NCBI RefSeq assembly: GCF_037042905.1
Contig: NC_087252.1
Coordinates: forward strand, 11,904,001 to 11,968,000
From: Lytechinus pictus
Lineage: Eukaryota
Direction of reading: 5' to 3'
Length of the DNA stretch: 64,000 nucleotides
The stretch's first letter is position 1, and each line of letters opens with the position of its first letter. This document shows, in pieces, positions 1 to 14,223 of this stretch. The notes under the pieces were generated by a model, which was not told the DNA's origin, did not search any database, and saw only the letters and a list, made by a program, of their open reading frames with translations. Position numbers and translations under genes: made by a program.

Positions 1-1750
1 AAGGGTGTACATTAAGTCCCACCCTTTTCAACCTCTATCTAAATGACTTGCCTCATGAGTAAGGAATTACTGACACTGATCCAGTTGAGTTGAATGGAAA
101 GTTAGTCAACTGTTTAATGTATGCAGATGACATTGTATTGATATCAAAATCAAGGTGTGGAATGCAAACAATGTTAGATAGACTTAGTATTTACTGTGAT
201 AAATGGCTATTGAGTGTTTATACTGACAAAACAAAAATGATGATTTGTAACAAGAATGGAAAAAATTTGAAAGATCAGGCTTTCGAGGTAAACGGTCAGA
301 ACATTGAATTTGTTGAACATGCAACATATTTAGGTTTGGTTTTCAATAACTGCGGTTCATTTAAAAATACAAGAGTTAATCTGGCAGATAAAGCCAAGAG
401 AGTATTATTCAAATTATTTCAATCCTTATGGCTACAATCTTCCAAATATAAAAACCGCATTACGAATATTTGACTCTTTAATAAAGCAAATACTCTTATA
501 TGGTTCGGAGGTATGGGGCGTTTTCACCGTCAACTTTAAAAAGTTAGCGGAGCTTGCAAATGATAATTCAAAGTTGTATTTGAGAAATGAAATTCAGTGT
601 GTCCAGTTTCAATGGCTGAGAAATGTCAAAGGAATTGACAAAAGGAGTAGCCACTTAGCAATACTTGCACAAGTCGGAATGTATCCGTTGATAACACAAA
701 TTAGCGGAAACTTGGGAAAACATTATGCTCGAATGAGAAGTATAGATGAAGATTCTTAGCTACATCACTCCTTTGAAGAAAACAAAAAGATAATTGAGAA
801 TAATTGCGAATGCTGGCTAGGAAATCTGCAACATCTTCTTAAGGGATTTAACATATATTTGGATGTGAATAAGAATTGTTTAGAACTAGGCAAGATAGTT
901 GATAGTGATAGAGTAGTAGAAGAAGAAATAAAAAATAAAGTTGAAGACATTTTCAATCGCCAGTTCTTATTGTATTTACGTAATGATCGAGCAAATGATG
1001 CTGGAAAAAATAAATTAAGAACTTATAAACTTTTTAAACAGAATATACAAACAGAGAAATATGTATTAACTGTAAAAATCAGAAAATACGGAAAAACATC
1101 TGTCGATTTAGAATAAGTTCCCATAATTTACCCATTGAAACTGGAAGACATAGACGTCCAAATAAAATACCCTCACAATTGAGAACATGCAATAATTGTA
1201 ATTCAGGAAGGGTTGGGGATGAGTATCACACGATAATAGAATGTAATGTACATACAACTGAAAGGGTGGTGTTTTTTGACAAAATAGCTGAAAAGTATAA
1301 ACAGTTTAAGAACCATGAGAACCTTAGCAATGAAGACAAATTTATATTCATAATGAAACTTGATAATGAAAACATAATTGATAATTTTTGTAAGTTCTTC
1401 AAAGCGACTATAAATAAAAGGGGTGAGTTTTAACATCAAGCACATTTTTCTTTTTAAATTCCATTCAAGCTAACAAAAATCCATCAAAGCCACCATTACC
1501 AAAGATATATCTCTAACGTTATACATTTATTTACTCTCTGATTATTATGCTACACCTTCTTTATGTTAAATTTGTCATTTCTCTTTGTATATAGATGTAT
1601 ATCTTTATAATAATGGGAAATCTATGTATTGATATATTACTGATTTACACGACATACAGTTATGAATGTTTTGTTTATGTTACCATTGTATATATTTTCA
1701 AACAATATATTCATGCCATGTGAATGAAGTTTGTCAATAAATTCAAATTC
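1..1750 (+). mobile_element. 3' part of a degenerate non-LTR retrotransposon (LINE ORF2: RT C-terminus plus CCHC finger; possibly RTEX-like)
   Basis: Consecutive broken ORFs 90-473 (YADDIVL RT motif, YLG), 574-759, 859-1116 (KNKLRTYKLFK) and 1179-1433 (RTCNNC...DEYHTIIEC); frameshifts and stops between them; ends in AATAAATTCAAATTC at ~1736-1750. Confidence 0.9.
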
Positions 1751-1849
1751 ATATCCGAAAAAGAAACTTTCAACAATAAGGTACACTTTCATTTAAAAAA
1801 AAAATCCATGAATTACTAAGAAGTATTTCAAGACAGGTCAATTTAGTGA

Positions 1850-3060
1850 TTAGGACTATCCTATGGTTTCGTGATTAGGGGACAGCAGTCATTTTTAGTC
1901 AATTTTACAAGTCGCTTTAGACTTTTTACAATGAAAAGGACAACTGACCATCCTTATTTGCCGCTATTTATTATTTTAGCCTTCAAACCACAATAGTGTA
2001 GATTTTGTTCACCTAAATATTACTATGTTTAGGTGATGGAAGTCTTTTTAGACTTATTTTGAAAGCCATCTCCGAATAATAGGCAAAATAAAAAAGCTTC
2101 GTATCATTGTAACTTATCCACAGGTATTATCTAACCCTTGAAACCATAGTGTAGACACCAAAATATTATCTCCCAGATGGATTCTAAATGGATTATAACA
2201 ATTTTTATGTATCAACAGCCCTTTTAGACTCCTTATTGGAAGCCATCTTTGATCTTTAGACATACAGGACCATTACATGTAATTGCCTTGTAACTTATCC
2301 TAATGTAATACTTGACCATTTAAACCAAGGGTTAGACAACATAATTGTATACACCAGGCGGATATTAAACAAACCAAGTCAGCTTTTATATCCATTTAAG
2401 ATTCCAATTCGAAAGCCTTTTTGGATTTTTGGACACGATGGACCTCTGACTATCCTTGTAATGTCCTAATTTATTACTTGGCCCTTTAAACCATGGGTTA
2501 AACACCAAAATCGTATACCTCAGGCTGATATTAGACAAACTTTGTAAGAACTGCCATTATATACATGATATAGACTCCATTTTTGGAAGCCATTATGGAA
2601 TTAGGACATACTGGAACCACTAGCTCTCATCATTGTCATTGTCACTTATCGCAATGTAATATTTGAGCCTTTCAACCATCATTACCATGGGTTCTACTAA
2701 AAACATCATATTCTCCAGGCGGTTATTAAACAAACTGTGTTGGTTTGTAATTATCGACAGTCATTTTATACTCCATTTTTTTTTGCAAACCATCTAGGAT
2801 TTCTGGACATGGAGGACAATACTGTCCTTCTTACTTGTCCCAAGGTATTTCTTGACCCATGAAAAACATGGGTTAGACACCATCATCATATCGTCAATGC
2901 AGATATAAAACAAACTATGTTTGGTTGTAGGGTTTTTAGATAACAGCAGCTAATTAGACTCCAATTTTGAAAGTCATCTTGGACTTTTGGACATAGTGGA
3001 CCGTTGAATGTCCTTGACCTTTGTCCCAGTTTACTTCCTGAACCTTAAAATCACCAATGA
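1850..3060. repeat. Degenerate tandem repeat, ~175-185 bp period, about 6-7 copies
   Basis: Recurring AAACCATGGGTTAGACACCA...CCAGGCGGATATTAAACAAAC...GACTCC...GAAAGCCATCTT motif at ~2140, 2320, 2490, 2685, 2865, with weaker copies near 1985 and 3040. Confidence 0.75.
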
Positions 3061-5766
3061 ATAAAACCCAAAATAAAAGACACTAAAATAGGTAATACAT
3101 GAATTGTGAAATTTTAGGCCATGGCAGCCTTTTCTTTTCGCAATCTTTGGATTTTCAGGTACCTGGAGTGCAAATGTTCACTCTTTCCTTTTACGCCCTA
3201 CACCATTGAATACATGTATGATAAAGTGTAGATTTTTTTTTTTTCATTTAATACATGTAGCAGCCATCTTAGACGCCATCTTGAAAATAACCACTTTTCC
3301 GGATACGGATTTCGGTAGATGTTTAGTATGTTTTTTTTTTCGAGAGCAAATAGTACGAAAAAAGGTTAACAAAAAAATTGGGGTTCAGAATAGAGCAAAA
3401 AAGGGTGTAGAATGGCGGCCATATTGTGTTTGCCAATTTGAGGATTTTAACATCAAAATCATGGTTGGCAAACAGCAAATCTGGACTCAGCGACCTCAGA
3501 TTATGTTAAATCAATTCTCAATTCAACATTTACACAATTTGCCTAAGGCAGTCTACTTTTCTCAAATCTGGACCTGACTATAACAGAAAGTGGGTCAAAA
3601 TATATATACGTAAACCTACCACAACTGAGGAGGGTTAGGACAAAAAAAAACACAGCATATTCAAAAGCGCTAGTCATCATATCGAATCTGGCTGTACGGA
3701 GACTTGCTTTCAAGACGACACGAAATCCAACAATAATTGCAAATATACTCCTATACATTAAACGTTAGATCTAAAGTTCCACACGACAAATGTTAGGCCC
3801 AACTTGCTCTAGGGCCTAGAGTCTAGTCTAATCTAGAAATGTTAGACTCTAGATTTAGATCTCGATCTAGTCTATTGGAGAAGTTAGACTTACAATTCGG
3901 TTCATACAATATATATGGACTCATTTGATATTCGAGACAGGGTTGTTCTTCTTTCGACTCTCGGGTACCGCACCGGCCAGACCATGCCCTCTGGCAAAGC
4001 CATCGAACATAATCGCGTTGAACCTATATAAACAACTTTGCATCTCATAGCAGTCCATATTATTGTTTATATTGACCGATTAGCTCGGCACTCCTAAAAC
4101 CATTGAAAATGAAATGTTAGGCTTAGTACAACGCTTGAAATACAATAATTTCCAGGTTGAAATCTTTGAGGGTTTTTTCTCCACATAGTACTAAAGCCAA
4201 ATCATTGTCGTCAATCTCCTGCAGTAACATATAAACATCCGTCAATTCCAATATCTTCGTCAGTTAAGAAAATGTGTGACCCTGAATTGGGGCTATATTC
4301 AAAACGAAATTCCGATTTTAGATAATCACTATCCACAATCCTACCTTTTCCAAAGACGACAAGCACGAACCATAGTAGAATATAATTCCCCATTGAAGTT
4401 TGTAATATAAATCGAATTGGTACTTAAATAATAACGGCAAATATCCAGTCCAAAGCCCGATTATCGGAGAGCATGCAAATGTATAGATGAGTGCGTCATT
4501 CATTTGTCTTATGCCAATGAAGAATACTGTGTCTTTTAAAAAGTACGTTGACAATAAAAAAGAACTTATCGATTCAGGGCAAATTACTTTGTACATAATT
4601 GTGTATTTTCCTAAGAGGTTTGCACTTTTCCTGGTTTTAGTTTCTATAACATAAAAATATTCCATGACTTTACGAGCCAGCCGGTCGAATACGAATACAC
4701 GCAGACACACACATATTAAACAAACTTACACTTCATGAATGCGATGGCGATAATACCCCCCCCCCCAAAAAAAAAAAAAATAATAATAATAATGATAATG
4801 ATAATAAATAAATAAAAAAATAAATAGGGGGTTGAATTGTTCTATTTAATGAATAAATGTATAAATTGATAATACAAATGAAACAAAGGAACTAATCAAA
4901 GTAATTAAAATTGAATAAAATACTTATAAACAAGTATTTTAAAAAGATAGTAAACAATGAGCATAAAAGGGTTCCACACTTTTATCCCCAAAATCTGAAA
5001 ATAATTAAGAAAGAAGAAGAAAGGGAAAAAGACTATCCTCTCCGAAATCAATCTTCGAAAATCTGAAAAGGTCCGCCACTCCTCACATGAATACCCACCC
5101 GTCATTCAAACTACAGTTCTTGGTGGGAATATCGACGTGACCTGTTTGAAAGGCTGATACCTTATTATTTGTTTATGAAATGGTTATGGCTATCTGTACA
5201 GTGTATGCCCATTATTTCTCAAAGAACAACACGATATCAAAGACAAACGTAATGAAAAGAACACAACATTTTGATAAACTGAACATTTTTCAAGGTTCAC
5301 ATTTCATCTCCAGTCTAAAATCATAAACACAGTCATTTGCATTCATACACCTTGTGTACCAGAAAAAATGAAGAAATTAGTTAGAAATGGACTTTCAACT
5401 AATAATCAAGGTATGGTTTTTCCTCAAATGGAGAAACATATCATCGACTTTCATGGGCATGTCACTCAGTTGTGCATGGTGGAAAAGGCGAAACTTTGAA
5501 ATGTCCTAACTTTCTTATTTTACATCCAATTTTGATGAAATTTCAGCGTTCTGCTTGGCATTTTGTTTTTCTCCTTTGATTCAAGTGAACATTTTATTTT
5601 GGGTTAGACTGAAGCTTTAAACAATATTGTCAATATAGTTTGTTGTCTTTTAACCAGGAGACCGTTTTCATGAAAAAACATATGGCAAGTTTGTAATTAG
5701 CAACAAGGCTCAGCAGCTAATCATAATCAACGTTTGTGTGATAGTTACAATGATCGTGAAGTTACC

Positions 5767-8700
5767 TTAATTGAAATTATATGTGAAAAGCAGCCCGGAG
5801 ATGAATCCTGGTTGCCAGGCAACGACGAGAGCTGAAGATGTCGTCTGGTTTTGATGGATGATGAGTGGAGAAGGTGAATCTGGTGTGGCTTTGAATATGC
5901 CGAGGAAAAACGAAAAACTTTATCATTATTTCAATACCTGTAAGGATCCTTTTGTTATTGTAGCTATTTTGTTTAGTTCTTTGTTTATGTTTCCGATCCT
6001 TTAACATGTAAAAATTGTGGCATATTACCGATTGCTGTTGTATGATGTTATCTTAGGTTACACGTAGCATATCATTCAGCTGTGAACATTTGTGCCATTG
6101 ATATTAGTCTTTGAAGTAGGCCCGATTATTTTTTAATACATACGCACGCGTAGCACATTCAAACTTACTGGGAGTGGAGGGGTTGAAGACCACGCTGCCT
6201 TCACCGTATCTTGATTTAGCAGTGCAGCGGTAAATACATGGATATTCAGGAACTGGGGTTTGAATTGCCAGTTTTGAAGAGCTCAGGGGTCCGCGTTCTG
6301 GTGAGGTGTCGGTGAGCGAGGTGCGACCGGTAACGTTTAAAATCAGAGTTTCGTTGCAGAGCCATTCGAAGGCAATGACGAGGGGATTTGCATCTGCTGT
6401 ACATATCAACAAGAATCCAGCAGTCCCGCTTGTTTCTTTCGTTGTAAGACGTCGAAGAGCAATAGACACAATGGGGTGATCTAGAATGAAAAAGGTATAC
6501 AAGAAAATTGGAAATGAAATAGACGTGAAATATGAGACAGGTTGACAAAAATTGGTTAAGATTGGTGGTAGATAATTTATTTCTTTTTAGAAAGGTTACT
6601 TGGCAAAGCACTTACTCATTGTCATTGTCCCATATTATTTATCCATTATTATATAGCAAAGGAGCATACCAATTTGTTGGCTCAGTTGGCAGCTGCCGGG
6701 ACCACGCTCAATTGGGCATAGTGAATTTTCAGAGGTTTTTCTTTTTCTGATATATGTTTTGAACAATTAAATACGATTTTTTTTTAATGTAAACAATAAT
6801 CTGACGGATTTCAACAGCATATTCATCATGCCGTAGTCTTTACCATTCTTATTCTGACATTGCACTTACACGATATGGTCAGGACCGTACTGTCATTCAC
6901 AAAACGAGGAAATGGTACTCCAGGTTGAACAGCCACACAGATAAGACACTTTCCATGATCGGATCTCTTGGGAGTGAAGAAAAGTGTACTTTCAGCATCA
7001 TAGATATCAGCTCTGGTTTTACTTATCCGCAGGGATGAGTTAGACGTCACATTGGTTGATCCTAGGTACCAGTGAACGAGGGGGGCCGGGTTCCCATTAA
7101 ACACTCTGCAGGTTACGTTGGTCTCTGCTCCTTCAAAGATACCGTCTTCTGGGAGAGCTATTCCGATCTCGTCTGGTGGTCCTTCAAAGAAACATAAAGC
7201 AGACGATTATCATAGTAAAATTGAAAGCTAAATATTAGATATAGCATCAAAGCATAGCCCGTCCAGTGTTATTTGCGCACCGTTGTAGTCTTAGATGACG
7301 TCAAATCACCAATAGTGAGGCGTCGAATCACCATGATCACCAATAATGACGATATGGATTCAATATAACTATGAATATTATAACGAATACAGTAGCAAGC
7401 TAGTTGTAATTATGTGTATTTTGTAGTAAAAATATATGGTTCATTCTATTCTGAGTAAGCATTATTATTTATCATTAACGTTCTACACACAGAAAAAATT
7501 GTTAATACAACGTTTAAGGAATAAAATCTCACCAAGAACAACAAGTCTAGCTACGCACGGCTTAATAAAGACGCCCTCTATAGATGGGTAGCATACAATG
7601 TGCATTCCATGGTTCTTTTTATCTGGATGTATAGTTATGGTACTTTCAGTGTCAAACAAAGTTCCGTCTAAAACACTGCGAGTCGTTGAAAGGTTTGCGT
7701 AAATTTGAGTATCGTCACCACCGCCATATAACCAGAATGACAGTTCAGTTGCCGGGAATGATCCAATACTTTTACATGTGATTGAAGTCGGTGAATTTTC
7801 ATGAACGTATAGGACGGTTGAATGGGACTGGTAACCTCCAGATTGAAAGAGCAGCACACTTGTAGGCAGAACTCCAAAAAGAAAATAAAAATAAAAAGAG
7901 AGATAAACAGGAAGGAATATGTAAATTAGTTATCCATGCACTAGCGAATGCCAAATCATTATAAACTTAAAATGCCTTTTCATTGGACATTATCATAATG
8001 CTTTACCCTAATTTTCACGTTAAAATGATATATAGAGATGATATACCTATTAACTTACTGATATTCCCTGAAAAATATAACAAAGAGAAAATCCATACCA
8101 TGAACAATGAGATGAACTGAGCATAGAAGTTTATTTTGTAGTCCTGGGTGTGACGCGATGCAGTTAAGAATCGTTTCGTGGTCTTCCCTGGAGGGTGTGA
8201 TAGTCACCGCTTTTCGGGAGATGTAAAATCCGCCTTGAAGAGCATCCGACTGATCCTGATGAACAACAGCCATATCATCTGGTAAACGCCATTTCAGTAG
8301 TGCAGGAGGCATTGCTCCATATACTTCACATGTGATGTTGTATTGATCTCCAGCTATGACAGTCACTGAAAGGTTATTGAAGCAGTAGCGGATCCCCGTG
8401 TCATCAATAATAACGATCACATTCGGTGGATCTGATGATAGAAGTAATGAATACACTCAATATTTTTATTTTAATGAATGCCTTTGTACTTTTCATATTA
8501 ATGATGTACCTCACTAGAATAAAACCTTTTAGTTATTTTTTTTTATAATAACATAGGCCTAACGTAGAACAATCACGTTCAACGTACTCAAAACATAATG
8601 GTTTACAAGGATTAAAAATGGTAGTGGTATTTGACATTTAGAGCTACTTGGATATTTTTTTCATTTTCATTTTAATGTTGAACCTAGTTAGAATAGAATC

Positions 8701-9783
8701 AGTTAAAAATCGATATAACGTACATGTAGACCTGACATAGGACCATATAATGTTTGACAAGCTCAAAACATAATGCCTTACAAGGGTTGAACATTTTACG
8801 TTTATGATATATGAGGTATATGAGCCACCCTACGACAGCGACTGTTAAGTTCGCAACCAAATGCCACTTGCGGTCATTTGGATACCTAGTGTAAAATATT
8901 GTCAGATTATATTTATTTTCGCTACACATATCTATTATGAACTACATGTATGGTTTTGATGTCAAATCGAATGTATATAGCTCCACATTTTTTTCCCCAA
9001 TATCTATTGCTCATGCCGCTATCCGTAATCATTTCTGGTGAGATTTTTTTACTTGTTAGACATTCCATGAAAACATCTGCTGATAAGCAGAAAGGCAAAA
9101 AAAATTATGTCAGACGTAGAATAAGAAAATACAATTGCATAAATCAGCTTTCAATACTTATTTTGCGACTAGCAATGTGAAGGCGACCAATTTGAAAGAA
9201 ATAAATACAAGTATTTTGTCCGCAATGGTAATGATGAGGGTTTTCCGTGTAGTTTATTTACATGAACTTTAATACAACAATAATTTTGGTTTTGTTGTTT
9301 GTTCTTACGAAAATAAAATACTATACTTCACTAGGATTCTCTTTCAGCAATATGCTAATATCAATAGGGGCAATATACATGTACATATAAAACATATACA
9401 AAATTGGTAAAAAAATATATATATATTTTTTTTGTAAACATACGTTAATGACATTGTCATGATAATCGTAAAGTGTCCGAGCCACAGTTTCCAAATTTTT
9501 GGAACTATATTATAATATTTACGGCGAAATTGTGATTTTATTCCTTAATTAGCATTATCAATCAGTTAAAGATAAATTTTGATAATTGGTAAAATTGAAA
9601 ATAAACAAGTTTAAATATAAACCATTCGAACGGCTCACATAATATATCACCCTTAAATATCCATCGTCTTAATTCGCTACGATAAACTTACTAGTATAAT
9701 GCAAATACAACTAAAGACTTACTGCTTGGTGAGATGATTACACACAGTGATAAAACAAGAATTGTTTGAATATAGATGGCCAT
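5767..9783 (-). CDS. Unit I: predicted secreted IgSF protein, SP-C2-C2-C2-I-FN3 stub, ~492 aa (nephrin-like Ig domains)
   Basis: complement(join(9723..9783 MAIYIQTILVLSLCVIISPS, 8099..8431, 7533..7871, 6870..7181, 6169..6480, 5767..5888 ...VVAWQPGFISGLLFTYNFN*)). All introns GT-AG, phase 1; frame open; Ig Cys pairs present. Confidence 0.85.
8782..9079 (-). pseudogene. Possible decayed V-set exon in intron 1 of unit I
   Basis: CAG acceptor at ~9080. Fragments GKNVEL, KYNL...ANLTV and a terminal FNP+T|GTAAAG mirror intact V exons (GENITL, KYSL...GNLTI, VLNP+G|GTAA). Contains stops and frameshifts. Confidence 0.4.
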
Positions 9784-10876
9784 CGTCGTCCAGATATTAC
9801 AAATATGGAAATACCATAAAGTCTTACTGAAGTCTTAGACATTTTACACGGTGGTCAATTATCATTGCAAGTAGATCATCAGTCCATGATCTAATAAGAA
9901 CTATACCGTTTTGAAAAGCTACATACATGTATGGCACTTTGTTGTATCATCTCCTACTTCGATACACGGATTCGGTTTCACATACTTCAAACATCCATCA
10001 CTATGACAGGTATAGGTCTAATGCAATCATGTTGATATTTTGTTTTATCTTTATTTTTTTTGTAAAGTGGGCGCTCTTCCTGCAGAAAATGTGATTAACC
10101 TAAAAGTGGAAATTTAGTATAAGCATATTGAAGCCTACTAATGTAATAACAAAATTCAGGTATAGTACAATTCAACCAATCTGTCTTGTTATTGAACTAA
10201 TGATTTTTTAATGTTCAAACAATGAATTAATACTGGTGGTTTAAGCAGTAATTTGGATAATGGGAATCAAAATTCATACCCCTCAGTTTATTCCACGCTA
10301 TGCCACATTTTTCAGTTTAAATTTTTTTCGCAAATACTGGAGAACTAGTTATTGGATCGCCCAACGTAACAAAAGAGGTCATCAATCAAAATAGGTATGG
10401 CGTTCCCCCATGATTTTCGGGGGGGGGGGGGGGTGGGAAGCAAACAATAATAGTAACAAATGTTTATTTTTTTATATGCAGCAAAAGTTTCGAATTTTAC
10501 CCTTTTCGCTTTCATTGAATTTCTTTACTTTCAATATTTTTTCATCTCCATTCAAAAAATCATTGTCAATTCATTTATTGATTAATTTACTCATTTTTCT
10601 GAGGAGGCAGCCCCGATATCTTTAGCTCTCTCACAAACACGCGCGCATACACGCGCGCACACAATATATAATCTGCACGTCAGGGCCGCTCGATTACATA
10701 GCGATATATCATTTATATAACATAATTACAGAATAGACATTAATTAAAAGTTGTGTTGAATATTAAATATGAAATAACTAATCCACCGAATGTATCTGAA
10801 AACATCGCATTTCCGAGTGTTTATACTGTATAAAGAAATGAAATGTGCGATGGGTTATCTTATCTACAATAAAATT

Positions 10877-13800
10877 CTACATTTTACCGATTTCATGTTT
10901 GTTGATCACATTGTCGATACTTTCTGATTGATACTTTTGTCCAATGATGAATCCTAGCTGCCAGGCAACGAAAAGAGATGAAGATCTCGTCTGGTGTTGG
11001 TAGATGATGAAGACAGAAGGTGGATTCGGGATAACATCTGTAAAAAAAAGATAACATAAACTGTAAATATAAATTTAAGAGGAAATGTTATGAGTATCAC
11101 TGAAATGTCAAAATTAATACTTTTATAATGTTCTGTGTTAAAGCATTATTGATAGGATTACGTGAATATATGGATAATTTTGAGACAATTTTTTAAACAA
11201 TATTTACCCATTTATATTTATTCAGTTCAAAATGAACATAGCAAATTCAATTATTTTACATTGTGGAGGATTCATTAAAAGCCACAGTCTTAAACAATTA
11301 TGATTCTTCCGGTGTAAAAAATATAAAGACAACATCAATTATGTAATAAAAGTTATACAATGTGTTTAGAAATATTTTGATGACATCACTTTATTTGTTA
11401 ATTATCAGACAAACAGAAAATAACCGTTAAACGTACACGAATAAAGGGAATCGAAGGTTGCACTTCCCGAGCCGTATTCTGATTCAGCGGTGCAGTTAAA
11501 AACACAATGATTTTTCGAGAGTTGGTTTTGAATCGCAAATACGCTGGACCTTAGTGTTGCATCTTCAGATATAGTCTGGGGGAGAGTAATGTTATTGGTG
11601 TCCCAGGGCACTACAGTCTCGTTGCAAAGCCAAACGAAGGTATTGACAGGAGGATTGGCGTCCGCTTCACATATCAACACGAGCTCAGTAGTCCCACTTG
11701 CTTTGTGTGAGGTAAGACGTCGAGCAGTGATTGACACAGCAGGATTATCTACATTACAGATACAAAATACAAATTTGCTATAAGTTAATATGAAATGGGA
11801 GAGGCATAAGGTCTGGCAGAGACAAATTATCAAATTTGTTTAGGAAGAAGCAAAGCAGGAAACAAAACATGCAATCATTTTGTAAAAATGTCATTTTGAA
11901 AATTTGTCTCATCGCGACCTTTATCATGTTTATAGTCTCTGAAGGTTAAAAGAAACTTAAAATGCTAAAGTTTTCTTGTACAATATTGTCAATCTTATGA
12001 ACAGACAAGCAAAACAAGAACAAAAAATAGCAACGAGTCAACTTGGTAAACGTGTAAACAGACCGGATCAGTTAGAAATCAAAAGGCTTCCCTTTCTATA
12101 AAACCAGCTTAGTAGTCTTATCAAAAGCATTGCAAGAAACGGTACTTACATGTTACGTTCAGAACCAAGCTTTGATTCACTGAACGTGTAGGTTGAACTG
12201 CCAGGCAGAGAAGACGTTTCCCATGGTCAAACCTCGTCGGTATTAGAGTCAGAGTGCTTTCAGTGTCATATCGACCGGCATTATTTTCACTTATTTTTAA
12301 AGATGAATCCTCTGTAAGATTTCTTGACCCGATGTACCAATGGATATGCGGTGCAGGGTATCCATTAAGAGATCTGCAGGTTACATTTATTTCTATGCCA
12401 TCGTATAGGTCCACAGTAGAGCTCATAATTACGCGTTCTGGTGGGCCTTTAGACGAAACATAAATCGATAAACATTTTTAAATGCCTTGAATATAGGATA
12501 TAAATTTCAGTTCAAAGTCAACCTGCTTAATGTATTATGTAATTTGTAAAAAGGGTTAAAAAACTCCTCTTGCAAACCTTCCCTTTTTTTTAGATTACGT
12601 GAAATTATCAATATTAGCGATGACGAATTGGCCCTTTTAGCAAGGAAAAATGTAAGAAATGTTAAACCACACAGAACTATTAAGAATATGTGTTATCATG
12701 TAAATCATGGCAGTTGGATCACGACTATTAAAGCAATGAATTGATTTTTTTTGTTTGAATAAACATGTCCTTTCAAAAATTAGTAACCGAAAGGGAAGAA
12801 GAAGAATACCTCACCGTAAACGATCACTGTGGCGGACGTAAATCCGACTACGTGTTTTTCAAGTGATGCGTAGCATTGAACGGTCTTCCCATGATGTTTA
12901 ATATTTGGATGTATTGTTACAGTGCTCTCGGTGTCAAACAAAGCATCGTCTAAAACATTCCTTTTGATTGAGGAATTTTCATGGATGGGGATTCTGTCAG
13001 TATGACCAGTACCACTTGTCAACTGAAATGATAGTTTGGTCGCTGGGAATGACCGAATACTTTTACAAGTAATTGAAGTCGGTGAATCTTCTTGAACGTT
13101 AAGTACGGTTGAATTGGACTGGTTTCCTCCAGTTCGAAAGAGCACCACATCCCTTGGCAGAACTTAAAATAAAAACAAAAGGAGACATTTTGAGTGAGTG
13201 AGAGAGATAGAGAGCTAAGGAGGGGGGGGGGGGTATTATGGATGGCATCGAATTTAAACTTTGGTAAATGATATTGAGGAGACTGAAGAGATATGTTTTA
13301 TGTTTTATTACATACATGATATATTTTTTTATGTATATTCTGTCGACATAAAAGTGAAATGATAGCGTAAATCCATCTGCGAAGGAATAACATCGCTTAC
13401 AAATTTTTAAAGGTAAAATATTACAGAGGCGGCAATAAAAGGCTCACTAAAGACTGATACTGACATTTTGAAACAGAAATGACCTGTATTGCATACATAC
13501 CATGAACATTGAGATGAACTGAGCGTAGACGTTCATTTTTTAGTTCTGGGTGTGACGTGATGCAGCTAAGAATCTTTCCGTGGTCATTCATGGAGGGTGT
13601 GATGGCTACCGCTTTTCGGGAGATGTAAGATCCGCCTTGAAGAGCTTCCGACTGATCCTGGTGAACAACAGCCATATCATCCGGTACATGCCATTCCAAC
13701 ACTGCATGGGGATTTGCTCCGTATGCTTCACATGTGATGTCATGCTGTTGACCAGCTATTACCGTTACAGAGAGGTTGTTAAAGGAATAACGGACCCCTG

Positions 13801-14223
13801 TTCCATCAATGATGTAGATCCAAGTGGGTGGAGCTAGCGATAAAAAAATAAGATGTTTTCAGCAGTAAAGTCAGTTGATAAATATATTTTTCTTTCAATT
13901 TCAAAATAATTTTACGTGTTATGATGTAAACTATGGAACATATTTGGAACATCAAGATATTCTCCCTTAATGTTATGATTTCGTTTAAATAGTGGATTCT
14001 CTCTCTAATTGCGTAGGCCCTACATATTTCGATTATCACTAATCGTTAATTGGTTCATACACAGTGTTCATGCCAATTCATACGATCAGTATCTATTTGC
14101 TATGCAAACCTTCTCATCATGCTTTGATGAATCAAATGCAACATATGACTACTTACCGCTTTGTGAGATGATAACCCCAAGGAAAAGTTGAAGAGCTACT
14201 TGTCTAGAAATGGACATTGTCAT
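10877..14223 (-). CDS. Unit H: predicted secreted IgSF protein, SP-C2-C2-C2-I-FN3 stub, ~505 aa
   Basis: complement(join(14157..14223 MTMSISRQVALQLFLGVIISQS, 13501..13833, 12815..13162, 12150..12446, 11437..11748, 10877..11037 ...FVAWQLGFIIG...KM*)). GT-AG, all phase 1, open frame. Confidence 0.85.

Noticed and set aside
4211-4393. DGCLYVTAGD, similar to HHIP-like/sugar dehydrogenase propeller motifs
   Set aside because: A ten-residue resemblance followed immediately by a stop, with no other family motifs.
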